Positions 1 to 12,562 of a stretch of DNA of 64,000 nucleotides are shown piece by piece. This DNA comes from Octopus sinensis (lineage: Eukaryota): NCBI RefSeq assembly GCF_006345805.1, contig NC_043002.1:116560001-116624000 (forward strand), given 5' to 3'. A program made the translations under genes and the position numbers. The notes beneath the pieces were generated by a model. The model did not search any database and was not told where the DNA came from. It saw only the letters and a list, made by a program, of their open reading frames with translations. How positions within the stretch are numbered: the first letter of the stretch is position 1; every line of letters starts with the position of its first letter.

Positions 1-269
1 CACTTTTCTACCACCTCGTTCTTCACCGATATAATTCTTTTTTCCTTCCTGTTGAATATCTTGTAGACTACCATTCTGCCAGTTAAGTTTTGTAGCATAT
101 CTTGTGGTGGCGACAGTTTTGTTTCGATGCCACTTTTTTTTATAAGGTTTCGAAACTTAAATAGTTGTGCCTTGGACACCTTCAACACACAAACATTTTC
201 ACTAACAGCAGCAGAGAAACTGGGTTTTTCCTTTTCTTCCTGATTAGAAACTTGGTTATTTTCTTTCAT
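1..269 (-). CDS. N-terminal part of a Tx1/L1-type ORF1 (gag-like) protein, running off the left edge
   Basis: Manual translation from ATG 269-267: MKENNQVSNQEEKEKPSFSAAVSENVCVLKVSKAQLFKFRNLIKKSGIETKLSPPQDMLQNLTGRMVVYKIFNRKEKRIISVKNEVVEK, with no stop before base 1. It aligns by eye to the ORF1 at 27773 (FRNLIKK..KLSPPQDMLQN..R.VVYKIFN vs YNDLLKK..RLTPPKEVIEN..R.TIYRTIN). Confidence 0.55.
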   Translation of the reverse strand, partial: MKENNQVSNQEEKEKPSFSAAVSENVCVLKVSKAQLFKFRNLIKKSGIETKLSPPQDMLQNLTGRMVVYKIFNRKEKRIISVKNEVVEK

Positions 270-747
270 TGCCGGGAAGTCCTCGAGTGAGTACAAAAAG
301 TCAATATTTGACAATAATTTTAATTCAATTTTTACAAATGGCCTCTGAATTCCGGAAAAAAGCGTAAATAATTTTGTCAAAAATGGCAAAACATTTTTTT
401 TACCTAGCAACGGGTAAAAAAATAGTCCAAGAAGTCGTGAAAAGACAATTTTCCACCCCGTACAGCGAAAATTTTCGTCAACGACGACAACAGTCCGACT
501 TCAACTGGAGCTCAAATGTAAGAATTTCAACAGATAATCAACAACAAAAATACATTAACCAAATAAACTCACGAAGCAACAGCAGCCGCACGCATAGGAG
601 TGATAAGCAGAGGTTGGCGATGGGAAGTGGTTCTCAATGCAAATATATATACGTTTTCCAGTAATGAAAATCACTTATCTCGAAAAAGTGGAAACAAGCA
701 ATAATAAATCTCTGAGCGATGTATAAACAGTAGCCGCACGACATCGT

Positions 748-1078
748 GAAGTATATTTGCCACCTAAATGTGGTTAACCCCTAAGGGTTGATGCTGGTGT
801 AGCTTGTAGCCCTAGGAAGACGTCTCCTCCAGCTGGCTTTGCATTTAAAACCACTTCCCATTGCCAACCGGTGGTTGCCACACGCTGATGACCCAGAAAC
901 TCGGGTCCTTGTGTATCGCGTTAGGCTGGAGATGGGAGTGATGCCTTCCCTTTGAAAATACTGATAGGGCACAGATAGTGTGTCAATAGCCAGCTGGAGG
1001 AGATGTCTTCCTGGGGCTACAAGCTACAGTAGCATCAACCCTTAGGGGTTAGCCACATTTAGGTGGCGGATATACTTC
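748..1078. repeat. Foldback with 91-bp inverted arms (748-838 / 988-1078); probable Penelope-like pLTR remnant
   Basis: Arms are reverse complements with a few mismatches (gaagtatat..ccagctggct / agccagctgg..atatacttc); the spacer carries an HHR motif. Confidence 0.85.
879..913 (+). ncRNA. Minimal type I hammerhead motif lacking stem II
   Basis: cacacg-CTGATGA-ccca-GAA-actcgggt-C-cttgtg; stem I 5/6 paired, stem III self-complementary with G-U pairs. Confidence 0.55.
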
Positions 1079-1102
1079 CCGATATATATATATATATATA
1101 TA

Positions 1103-1210
<108 letters not shown>

Positions 1211-1219
1211 ATATATATG

Positions 1220-1304
<85 letters not shown>

Positions 1305-1371
1305 GTATACAGATACATACATACATACATACATATACATACATATATAGGGACTCCTTTATAGAGTAACT

Positions 1372-1509
1372 AATTTTTGCCAGCTGAGTGAACTGGAGCA
1401 ACGTGAAATAAAGTGTCCTGCTCAAGGACACAATGCGTCGCCGGGAATTGAACTCACAAACTTACAATCGTGAGTCGAATGCCCTAACCACTAAGCAACG
1501 CACCTTCAC
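1372..1509 (-). mobile_element. tRNA-derived SINE fragment (family C)
   Basis: Reverse strand has A-box-like gcttagtggttagg, B-box-like gagttcaattccc and a tgtgtccttgagcaggacact core. Confidence 0.75.
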
Positions 1510-1669
1510 ACACATAAAAAAAATATATGTATATATATATATGTGTGTATATATATGTCTGTACACACACACACAAACACGCACACAAACACACACGCAC
1601 ACACACACAGACACACACACACATATATGTATATATATGTTTGTTTGTTTTTGTGTCTGTGTTTGTGTC

Positions 1670-1865
1670 CCCTCAATCGTTTAACAACTGCTACTGGTGT
1701 GTTTAAGACCCCGTAAATTAGCGGTTTAGCAAAGCTAAGCTATAAAATAAGAATAGAATAAGGCCTTAAAACAAATAAGTATTGAGGTCAATATATTCGA
1801 CTAAAAATTCGTCTAGGCGGTGCCCCAGCATGGCTGCAGTCTAGTGACTGTAGTAAGTAAAATAT
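1670..1865 (+). mobile_element. SINE family A, 3' half
   Basis: Matches the body and tail of the full copy at 53377-53800 (gcggtgccccagcatggctgcagtc). Confidence 0.75.
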
Positions 1866-3263
1866 AAAACATTAAAGATAAAATACATATCATATATCTG
1901 TGAGTCTGTGTGTCTGTGTGTGAGTGTGCGTGCGCTGGTGTATGTGTGTGTATGTTTGCGTAAGTATGTATACATACATATCCATGCATACAGGGGTAGT
2001 TGGGGCAAGAGAAGGAGAAGAATGGAAAAGGAGGCGTAATGTATTTAAGATCCTGTTATGAATATCGACATTTTGTTGGGCGCGAAATAAAAAAAAAATC
2101 AATGGACTATTTGACGAGTTTTTGATGGGAGCTGCGAGTATTTATAATTCTTTTGCTGGCCATGACCAACAAAAATATTTTGCCGTAAGCGATATTTTTA
2201 TCTATCTTCCCAATATCACTTTTGAACTTTGCGAATTACATCGGAAGATTTACAGCTACTCTGTTTGCATTGCAAATTGTCTATTGCCAATGAAAGAAAC
2301 ATAAAAAAATAATAACAAAGAAAAACAAATTTAAAAATAAAAAAAATCTATTTTGTTTGTATGTTATCTCTGCTTCGTCCAACCAACGTATTTTACTGAA
2401 GTTTTAGTGATATTGCCACTGAGACCTTCTGGCTCACAATCGCTTCGTCAGAATTCGATCGAAGATAAAATTATTTCTTTCCAAAATGACTTGGCTTGCT
2501 GCCAATATAACATCCATCCCCAAATATTGCTCCACCACAATCTTTTGTTCTTATATTATTTCCAACTAATATTTTCCGATAAATGATTTACTTTTCTAGA
2601 CTATTTTCATAAAAAAAAAATCTATTAATTTTTTGTTTCAAAAAGTTTTTCGTATTTTTCTGAGTAAATTTTTCTATGTTTAATTTTCGATTATTAATAC
2701 TTTCGATTAATAATATTTTATCAATATATTTTTATTGTGCTCTAGATATATTAAAAACTTTGAACATATACATAAATTCTTTAAAACGGATACATCTTTT
2801 CTTTTGTGTTCCTTTTTGAATTGTTTATAGAAATAGGCACAATCTAATTCAGTTCCATATTTTTTAACCCCTTTAACCACCGACGTCATTCATCTCTGTG
2901 CAGCTTTTACTGATAATACACAACATATTAAACTGATAATCGCTGGCAAGGAATGTTAATGTTTACACAGTAAAATGGAGGCAATTTCTTGTGAACAAAT
3001 ATGTAGCTGCACTGAACGTTAATTTCTGCAGTATCGAATGTTGTCTGAAGCTACAGATACAATAACTTCAGCGGTAGAGTTAACATCTATTATCATAAAT
3101 GGTAGTAAAGGCACAATTTGGTATATATCTGTTTACAAATGACACGGAATTATTGGTGGCTGGTGTAATAATACTTCAATATTGAATTACCATATTTTGC
3201 TGTATCGATAAAGAACAAAAAACAAAATTAGATCCTTTAAAAACAAATTCGTACAATGGCATT

Positions 3264-3367
<104 letters not shown>

Positions 3368-5978
3368 TATTTTGAAGTAATAGAATGCTTTAAAACAACA
3401 CAAGTGACATAGTTCCAACATACAATATCGGCCGAAACAAGATGAGCATTCAGTCAATCACTTGAATATGTTTATCTATGTTCTGACTCTAAAGACTCTA
3501 ACTTGGTAGAACTGTATATGTCACTTGGTGGAGGAGTGTTTTCCACATACTTCTGCACACAACATTTGCTACTCCGCTCCATAATATTTACTTTGGTTAT
3601 TGCTAATAGAAGTTATTATAATGCATATTGATTCCGTTATCCATTTACCTTGGCCTATATTATGAATAGAGTTTTTAGGAATTATTGCCCCTATCTGGTC
3701 CGTGAGATCTAACTTATATTTCAATCTGGACAGCCAAGACAAATGAGTCTGACACATCCGATTTAGAATTTTATTCACGATACTCGGTTCTGTGAAGTCT
3801 TTTTATGAGAATACCATAAACATAAACAATCCCCATTTGCCTCTTCAAATTAAACATACACTGTCTGAAACTAATTTTATCTTCAAGCAACTTCTTCCAC
3901 TTGTATTTTTGCGAGCAACTTGTTCCACTTGTATTTTTGCGAGCAACTTTAGTGGACATGTTCAGCTTTCTTCAATCTTCCGTTCCATTACTTCCTGTCT
4001 TCTCAACCAAGAAATCTCGATACCGTACATAAAATCTGCACTGGCATTTCGTCGTTTTACAGTCAAATTTATGTATTGCTTTGTTTTAAGAGAAGATATA
4101 GAATTACCAACAGCTTGGTCAAGACTTCTAAGCAATTTAATTTAATATGAGAATCGCTATTAAAAAAACCCATAACACGAAATTTCTTATAAATTCACTT
4201 TCATTCGTATCCACAGTACTATTTATTTCTAAGGAATTTGTAGCTTCTTTAAAAGGGTTTATTTTAGAGTATAACTTTAAGTAAAACAATTCAACAATTC
4301 TCGCCGCTTATGTACTTAAGACCATTGTACTCTGATATTGTATGCTGGAACTATGTCACTTTTGCTGTTATTAATTCGAAATATTACACAAAATATGTAA
4401 AAAAATAAAAAAATCGAAGAAGTTGCTTCTGTGGTCTAAATTCATAGAATGCAGATACATTTCAGATCTGTGTGAATGAATTGTACTGAAAAACATTTAA
4501 CATGCAAATAGAAGATAAGAGCATCGTTTTCAATAGTTTCAATGTGAATAGAGAGAAAGTGGAATGTAATTTATTAAACAGATGTTGTGAAGTATATTTC
4601 AATAGATAGTATGCAGTTAGATTTTGTAAATGCAGTCTCGTAAGCCTGTACACTTGAAGAATAAAATAATGTAAAATACCATCTCTTCCGAGTCTATTGT
4701 GAACGCTGTGGGCGGTAAATAATGTGAAATATTTTAATTTGTTTATTGATATATAAGATTAACTATTTTTCTCTAATTAAGTGTCTTGAATTAAAAACTC
4801 GTAATCTGATGAAATATTCAGTTACAGGAGAAGAGGAAATAAAAATTAAGAGAAAGTTTTCTTTTCTCTAATTCTGAAGAATGTGTGGAAAACGGATAAA
4901 TAGAATTTAATTTATTTGTTTTTCAAAATAGATTTTAGCTGGAAATAATTTCATTTTCCCTCTTTGCTATTTAGTAGTGAAAGCGAATAGCATTGATACT
5001 CGTGTAGCTGCAGTAGCACCAGTCGCACTTAGAGATTGGCTGAAAACGTGGCACATCATGTGATTCTACAAACCAAATTACTCTACATCACTTCCTCATT
5101 TCTGCTTTTGGCAATTTCATAGAATACTATTTAGAAGGAATTAAGATAAAACAATCCAGCAATCACCATTCCCCCCACCACGCATACGCATACACATATG
5201 CTGAATGAGGGAGATACGTGCTTATCAGAAATGTGTAAGCATATTGTTAACAAGGCACACATTCATATACAGTGGTAATATATGGCAGATAAAAAGTAAT
5301 TTACATGTATGCGATGTATTTATTTTCTATATTTTTCTAATTAACATCAAACAGCGGGGAAACAAGAAATGAAATAGGGAAAGAATGAACTATATATTTG
5401 AGGCCTTTAAATGATATTAATTTAAGGAAATTGAAGAAACTCAAATAATTCATATTTTTAAACAAAATCTATTACAAAAACATCGAGTTCTTTGTCTATT
5501 CATACAGTATTTTCTGTCTGCCTGACTGTCTGTCTATCTATCTGTTTATCTGCCTGTCTGCCTGTCTGCGTGTCTGCCTGTTTGTCTATGTATGTATGTA
5601 TGTATGTATGTATGTATGTATGTATGTATGTATGTATGTATGTATCTATCTATCTATCTATCTAACTGAAAAAATCATACATATGTCTAAATGTATGTAT
5701 GTATGTATGTATGTATGTATGTATGTATGTATGTATGTATGTACGTATCTGTGTATGTATGCACATATGTATGGGAGAAATGCATGGATGGTTGGACGGA
5801 TTAGTTGTTGGTGGGATGGGTGTATACATAAATGTATGTATATCAACGTATTGAACTGAAAGTTGATTTGTCTACGCGTAGCTAAGTGTTAATACATCTG
5901 CTACTCTCTAATACATGCATCATTCGAAGTAACAACTAAATACCCACATTTATACTATGATTTATACTACGCGTATTA

Positions 5979-6012
<34 letters not shown>

Positions 6013-7034
6013 TTGTGTGTGCGCATATATATATATATCATTGTGTGTATGTGTGTGGATATATGTCTACATGTGTTTTGTGTTTATGCGTGATTACATA
6101 CAGCCCTACATATATATTCATACGCATGCATCTGAGTAACGGAAAACGTGACTCGTTAACTCTAGTCGTCCGTCTATTCATCCAGCTAATCGTCCCTAGA
6201 TATATATATATATACATAAATATATGCATGCAAATTGCTGCAAGCTGACACTATATGCACTCGCTGTTAAATATAAGAATAAACAGCAAATAATTTTAAA
6301 TAACTAAAAACAGCCGTATATTTGTCCATATATTTGTATGAATTTTCCTACATATGTATATATATATCGTATATATCATATATGCATATAATAGTTCATT
6401 CATATATATATATGTATGTAAATATATATGCATATATACACATATCTATATATACAAACACACACACACAACACACCACACACATATATTATATTTATAT
6501 ATATAGATTATATATATATATATATATATATACATATGTATGCATATATATATATGTATGTAAATATATATGCTTTATACACATATCTATATATACACAC
6601 ACGCACACAGACACACACATATATATATATATTATATATATATATATATACATATATAATATATATTTATACATACACGATATATATTATATATGAATTG
6701 TAAATATATATGTATGTGTGTGTGTGCGCGTGTGGGCGTGGAGTTGTATGCACTTTGAAGCTTTTGTAAATTTCTGTAAACAAGAGAAACAGAACAGAAG
6801 TACAGGAGTAAATATGTTTTCTTATTTTTTAAAGTTTCTCTTGTTTAAAAATTATATATACCTTATGTATTAATTACACGTTAGTATATTTTACACATGC
6901 ATGTATACATACATACATACAAATATATTCATATATATATATGTATATATGCATGGTGTGTATATATATGTATATGTATATACATATACATACACACATG
7001 CATTTTATATACATATATTTATGATGTATGTTTG

Positions 7035-7067
<33 letters not shown>

Positions 7068-7108
7068 TATGCGCAACATGCAATCAGTCTGTCTGTTTAT
7101 GTATGTGT

Positions 7109-7156
<48 letters not shown>

Positions 7157-7197
7157 ATATATATATATATATCTGTCTTCTATGTATATATCTATAC

Positions 7198-7240
<43 letters not shown>

Positions 7241-7248
7241 TAACATAC

Positions 7249-7301
<53 letters not shown>

Positions 7302-7449
7302 TATATATATACGTATAGATAGATACATACATATATATATATACATATATATATGCATATATATTTACATACATATATATATATATAGATAGATATATTA
7401 TATATATGTATATATACATACATACATATATGTATATATATATATAATA

Positions 7450-7484
<35 letters not shown>

Positions 7485-7850
7485 ATGGAATAATAATGCA
7501 CACACGCATAAACAGATATGCATATATATGTATATATGTGTATGTATATTTATATATACTTGCTAGTAGTTTCTATACATTTCACACAATACAACGAACT
7601 CGTAAGAAAATGTTATATTCTGAAATATTTACCCAGTGAAATAATTCACGAAGATGTCGACTTCTGATATAGTATATAATGAAATTACCAATTTTCATGT
7701 ATATTATATATTTATATATCCGTAAATGTATATGCACGTAAGCACAATACATCACACTTACAGCCATGTACTCACACATGCATGTACACTCACTTAAATA
7801 TTTCTATACATGTGTGTGTGTGTGCTGTGTATATGTACATATATACACAC

Positions 7851-7907
<57 letters not shown>

Positions 7908-7932
7908 GCACATACATATGTATGTGTGTATG

Positions 7933-7963
<31 letters not shown>

Positions 7964-8072
7964 TATTCCTACATATACATATGCATATAAAGATATCTGT
8001 GTGTATTCTATATAGAATGACATCCATCTACACATACTATACATATGTATTATACACATTCTATATTGCATC

Positions 8073-8189
8073 GCCGCAGCTGTGTGGTAAGAAGCGTGCT
8101 TCCCAACCTCATCGTTCCGGGTTCAGTTCCGGGCAACTTAGCGTCTTCTATTATTGCCACGTGCTGACCAAAGCCTTGACAGAGAGTTT

Positions 8190-8227
<38 letters not shown>

Positions 8228-8228
8228 T

Positions 8229-8268
<40 letters not shown>

Positions 8269-8445
8269 TTGTGTGTGTGTATTTCTGTGTGTTTTCTCTA
8301 TCACCGTTTGACAACCAAGGCTGGAGTGCATGCGTGTCCGTAACGTAGAGGTTCGGCTAAAGAGTCCGATATGATAAGTACCAGGCTTTAAAATAAAATA
8401 AGTACTGGGGTCGATTCAATATCGATCAATAATTATTCAAGATGG
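8073..8445 (+). mobile_element. tRNA-derived SINE family A, tail cut by mariner
   Basis: Head gctgtgtggtaagaag..gggttcagttcc, central microsatellite, body cgtaacgtagaggttcggc..aataagtactggggtcg. Confidence 0.8.
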
Positions 8446-9706
8446 TGGTATCAAAACATTTCCGGAGTAGTTCTGTAGCGCACCAATAGGTGACAGCACA
8501 CGGTTGTGTGCGGAGTGAGAGCTAGCAGTGATCTTCGTGAGGCAGTGTCCCAAATGACATCGCTGTGTTTACTTCCCAAGATGTGAAATTTGTGTTTTTG
8601 TGACCAGGTGTATGCTGTAATCTGTAATTTTGACATGGACAGGAAGTTCGAACAAACAGCTATCGGAAAACTTTGGAAGCCAGCGACAGACAGATTGAGC
8701 ATGCTTCGGCAAGCTTGCAACGTCGAGGTAATGGGTCTTACGCAATGTTTCCCGTGGCACGAGTGCTTCAAAGGCGGAAGACTATAAGCAAACTTTAAGA
8801 TCTGCCACAAGCGTCACTCACGAAAATGTGGTGAAAATTCATCAGTTTGTGCATGAGGATCGTCGGGGTACAATCAACGACATTGGTGATGTTGTTGGTC
8901 TGTCGTAAGGGTCCGTCTGAATTGAACAGGCGGTGTGTCTCTGCTAAGTTAGTCCTCCAACTTCTGACCACTGAGCAGAGAGAACATCGCGTCGAAGCCT
9001 GTCTAAATCTCCGTCAGCGTGCGCTTATGACCCACCCTTCGTGTCGAGAATCATCACCGGTGATGAGGGTTGGGTCTACGGGTACGACCCTGAATCGAAG
9101 CAGCCGTCATCATGAAGGAAGAGGCCTTCATCTCCACGACCGAAGAAGGCATGACAAAACTGCAGCTCAATCAAGAGCATGCTCATCGGTTTTTTCCGAC
9201 ATCTACGGTATTGTGTATTGAGAATTTGCCCCCCCCCCAGGGCGAGACCATCAATCAAGAGCTCTACTGCGACATTTTGAAATGTTTGAGGGAGGACATT
9301 CGGCAAAAGCGACCGGTTCTGTGGAGTGCGAAGAATTGGATTCTTCAGGACGACAATGCACCCTGTCCCCGAGCTCTCCTCACTCCTGAGTTTCTCGCCA
9401 AAACATGGAATCGCTTCCGCAACAGCCCTATTCGCCAGATTTAGCTCTTGCGGACACCCATCTCTTCCTCAAAACGAAAATTCAGCTCGATGGTCGCCAT
9501 TTTAATACCATTGTTGAGATCGAGAGCGAATCGCCGAAGGTCCTCCACTCGATTACGGAAAACGACTTCCAGGCCAGATCCCAAAAGTTGGACCGGTGTA
9601 TTGCCGCTCAAGTTCACTATTTCGAAGGAGACAATGTTAAAACGTAGGTAAATATATATTTTTAAATCAAAAATAACTACTCAGGGAACTTATTCATGCC
9701 ACCTCG
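8445..9706 (+). mobile_element. Decayed, near full-length mariner (DD34D-type) transposon
   Basis: Frameshifted transposase motifs: DRKFEQ..LSMLRQA, WHECFKGGR, AKLV.QLLTTEQ, IITGDEGWVYGYDPE, QDDNAP, PYSPDLA; degenerate TIR ..gccacctcg at the right end. Confidence 0.9.
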
Positions 9707-9714
9707 TGTGTATG

Positions 9715-9762
<48 letters not shown>

Positions 9763-10390
9763 TGAGTGCGTGTGTGTGTATAAATTAATTAGAGGATATA
9801 TTAACCTCTCAAAAGGATGATTACATCCAAGAAAACACTGGTTCTATACCAAATATTTTGGTGAAGTAAAATTTCCCTAATCAATAGGTATATATTATGC
9901 ATATAATCCGTACTCAATTAATAGAAGAAAGAAAAAAGAAAACAGCGAGTTGAAAGTTAATAATTATTTATTAATAAATTGATAATTGTTACTTCTTACA
10001 GCTATTTTCATTTGTGCTCATTAAATGAGTTACAAATTTATGTTTAAAATTTGCATTTATAAAATATGAACAAAATATCATCATGGAGAGAGAGAACTCC
10101 CTATATTTTGTCTGCTGGTATGAACTAAGAGGTCAACATGTAATCTATTATTGTATATCTTTTTCCCTGGTGAAACTTTGTTCATATCTTATAAATGCAA
10201 ATTTAAAGCATAAATTTGTAATTTGTCTAATGAGTACAAATGGAAACAAGTGTAGGAAGTAAAAATGAACAATTTATTGATAAATAATTATTAACTTTCA
10301 ACTCTCCATTTCTTTTCATCTAGTAATTGAATACGGATTATATGCAATATATATTATATATATATTCAATATATTCAATATATATATACA

Positions 10391-11868
10391 TATATGGCAA
10401 GAAGAAAATGGAGGGAATCCAGAGGTAGTATTCATCAGCTGTTAGACATTATATTATGTCTATTTATAATATTTTAAACAGTTCAGATAATACATGTATA
10501 AAGTATTAGTAATTTCTAGAATAAAGAAAGAAGAGCAATTTCTTACAGCTGTTTCAGCCAAGAGGATAGAATTTTTCACATTTATAATATACGGTTTCAT
10601 ACATTTATAATACCTTATTTCTTGCAAACAATCTAAAATCCACATATCCTAGTCATATCACTATAACCTAGTATTATACTCACTAACGTATATGATCATC
10701 AATTTTTACTTCTATAATTCTTAATTTAATATAATCCTCCAACTTCTGACCACTGAGCATAAGTCTCAATATCAATTTTTACTCTCATACCTATCTATGG
10801 TTACTATGTTTTTATGCATATATAAATTTTTATATAGTTTGTTTATGTTATCTGTTAACCACAACTAACCATAGCAACATCATGGCCTTTCAAATAAAAT
10901 AACTGACCAATTAGATTACGTGAATGACCACAACCCCCTCCATTACCAATAGGGATTCAGCAACTTGTCAACTATAGAATAACGAAAAAAAATAACGGAA
11001 GATAAAACGGTATCTTGATAACTGCCCGGAGATTTAATGCATTTACTTATTTAGTACCAACTGCTATCATAACTATTGATATAAAATTTAACTCCATAAT
11101 GGGAACCATAATTTCAGGCCCTCAACTATAAACACATCATATATTTATGTATATGTATATGTATATCTATGTGTGTACATTCCTTCCTTCATTCATTTAT
11201 TCATTTATATGCAAGGACAATACGAACCACTGCAGGAATACACCTTATCTAACGCATGAAATATGTATGTATATATATTGGCGTATATACATATGTATGT
11301 ATGTGTATATATATGTATTTGTTCTTTTATGTGCATTTTCAGTTCTAAAATACTGTACCCCTCTCAAATTCAACTATTTTCTTCCATTATACTATTATTT
11401 TTCTTTCTCTTTTTATGCATTCTCTAATAAGAATATTGTACTACACCTACTAATAACTAATTCTGTTATAAGTATGTGCATACATATATACATGCATGTG
11501 TGTATATATATTTATGTATGGGTGTATATGTATATATGTAAATGTGTGTATATATATATATATAATTAACCACTCTTCGTCTATTTTATAAAACTCTATG
11601 ACGAAACCTAGAGGCATACCCAAGTACCCTAATTGTATCTACAGATTGCTACAAGAAATGATGGAAATAACATATGGGGTACTGTGACCTCTTGGCTGAA
11701 ACAGATGTAAGAAGTGCACTTCTTTCTCTATTCTAGAAATTACTAATACTTTACATATATATTTATATATTATCTAAACTGCTTAAAATAAATAAATAGA
11801 CATACTATAATGGCTAACAGCTGATGAATACTAATTTTGGATTCCCTCCATTTTCTTCTTGCCATATA
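10391..11868. repeat. Diverged inverted repeat, arms 10391-10565 / 11688-11868, ~1.1-kb spacer
   Basis: tatatggcaagaagaaaatggagggaatcc..cagccaagagg and its reverse complement, with scattered substitutions and indels. Confidence 0.8.
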
Positions 11869-12242
11869 AATTAAGGGTAAAACCACTTATTACCCTCGCC
11901 TAATTATTATACTCAGTAATAACCAACACTTCTATAATTAGGTATTCTACCAGCAGTATATTGGATAGATAGTATCCCTTAGTTGGTTGGATTCACAACC
12001 TCTAACTCTCTTTGAATTAAATTATTTATATATTCGATTTCTTTAGTTCGTGATATGTGGTTTGAGTCTGAAGAATATGTTTGCGTTCTCTCAACATACG
12101 AAGCTATTAGTAGCGCTTTAATACATATATTGTGACCTTTAAATAAATAATATTTATCTCTCACGAGATGGAGCACTTTTTTGTTGAATTTTCTATCACG
12201 GATCTGTACATTATATATGTATATATATATATATAACGTACA

Positions 12243-12405
12243 GATCCATTTATTGCCCACAGGGGCCTAAACATAGGGGGGACAAACAAGGACATACTAA
12301 GAGATTAAGTCGATTGCATCTATCTCAGTATGTAACTGGTACTTATTTAATCGGCCCCGAAAGGATGAAAGGCAAAGTCGACCTCGGCGGAATTTGAAAT
12401 ATGCA
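12243..12405 (-). mobile_element. SINE family B fragment
   Basis: Reverse complement of ttcaaattccgccgaggtcgactttgcctttcatcc, shared with 62236-62370. Confidence 0.75.
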
Positions 12406-12452
12406 TGGCCACAGCTCGTGGGCTCAAACAAGATTTAAAAAAAATTAAAGTG

Positions 12453-12526
<74 letters not shown>

Positions 12527-12562
12527 ATATATATATATAATATGTATGTATGTATATATATA

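Noticed and set aside
608-645. 33-nt inverted match to 838-870
   Set aside because: Real but short; I cannot tell whether it is part of the foldback or a separate fragment.
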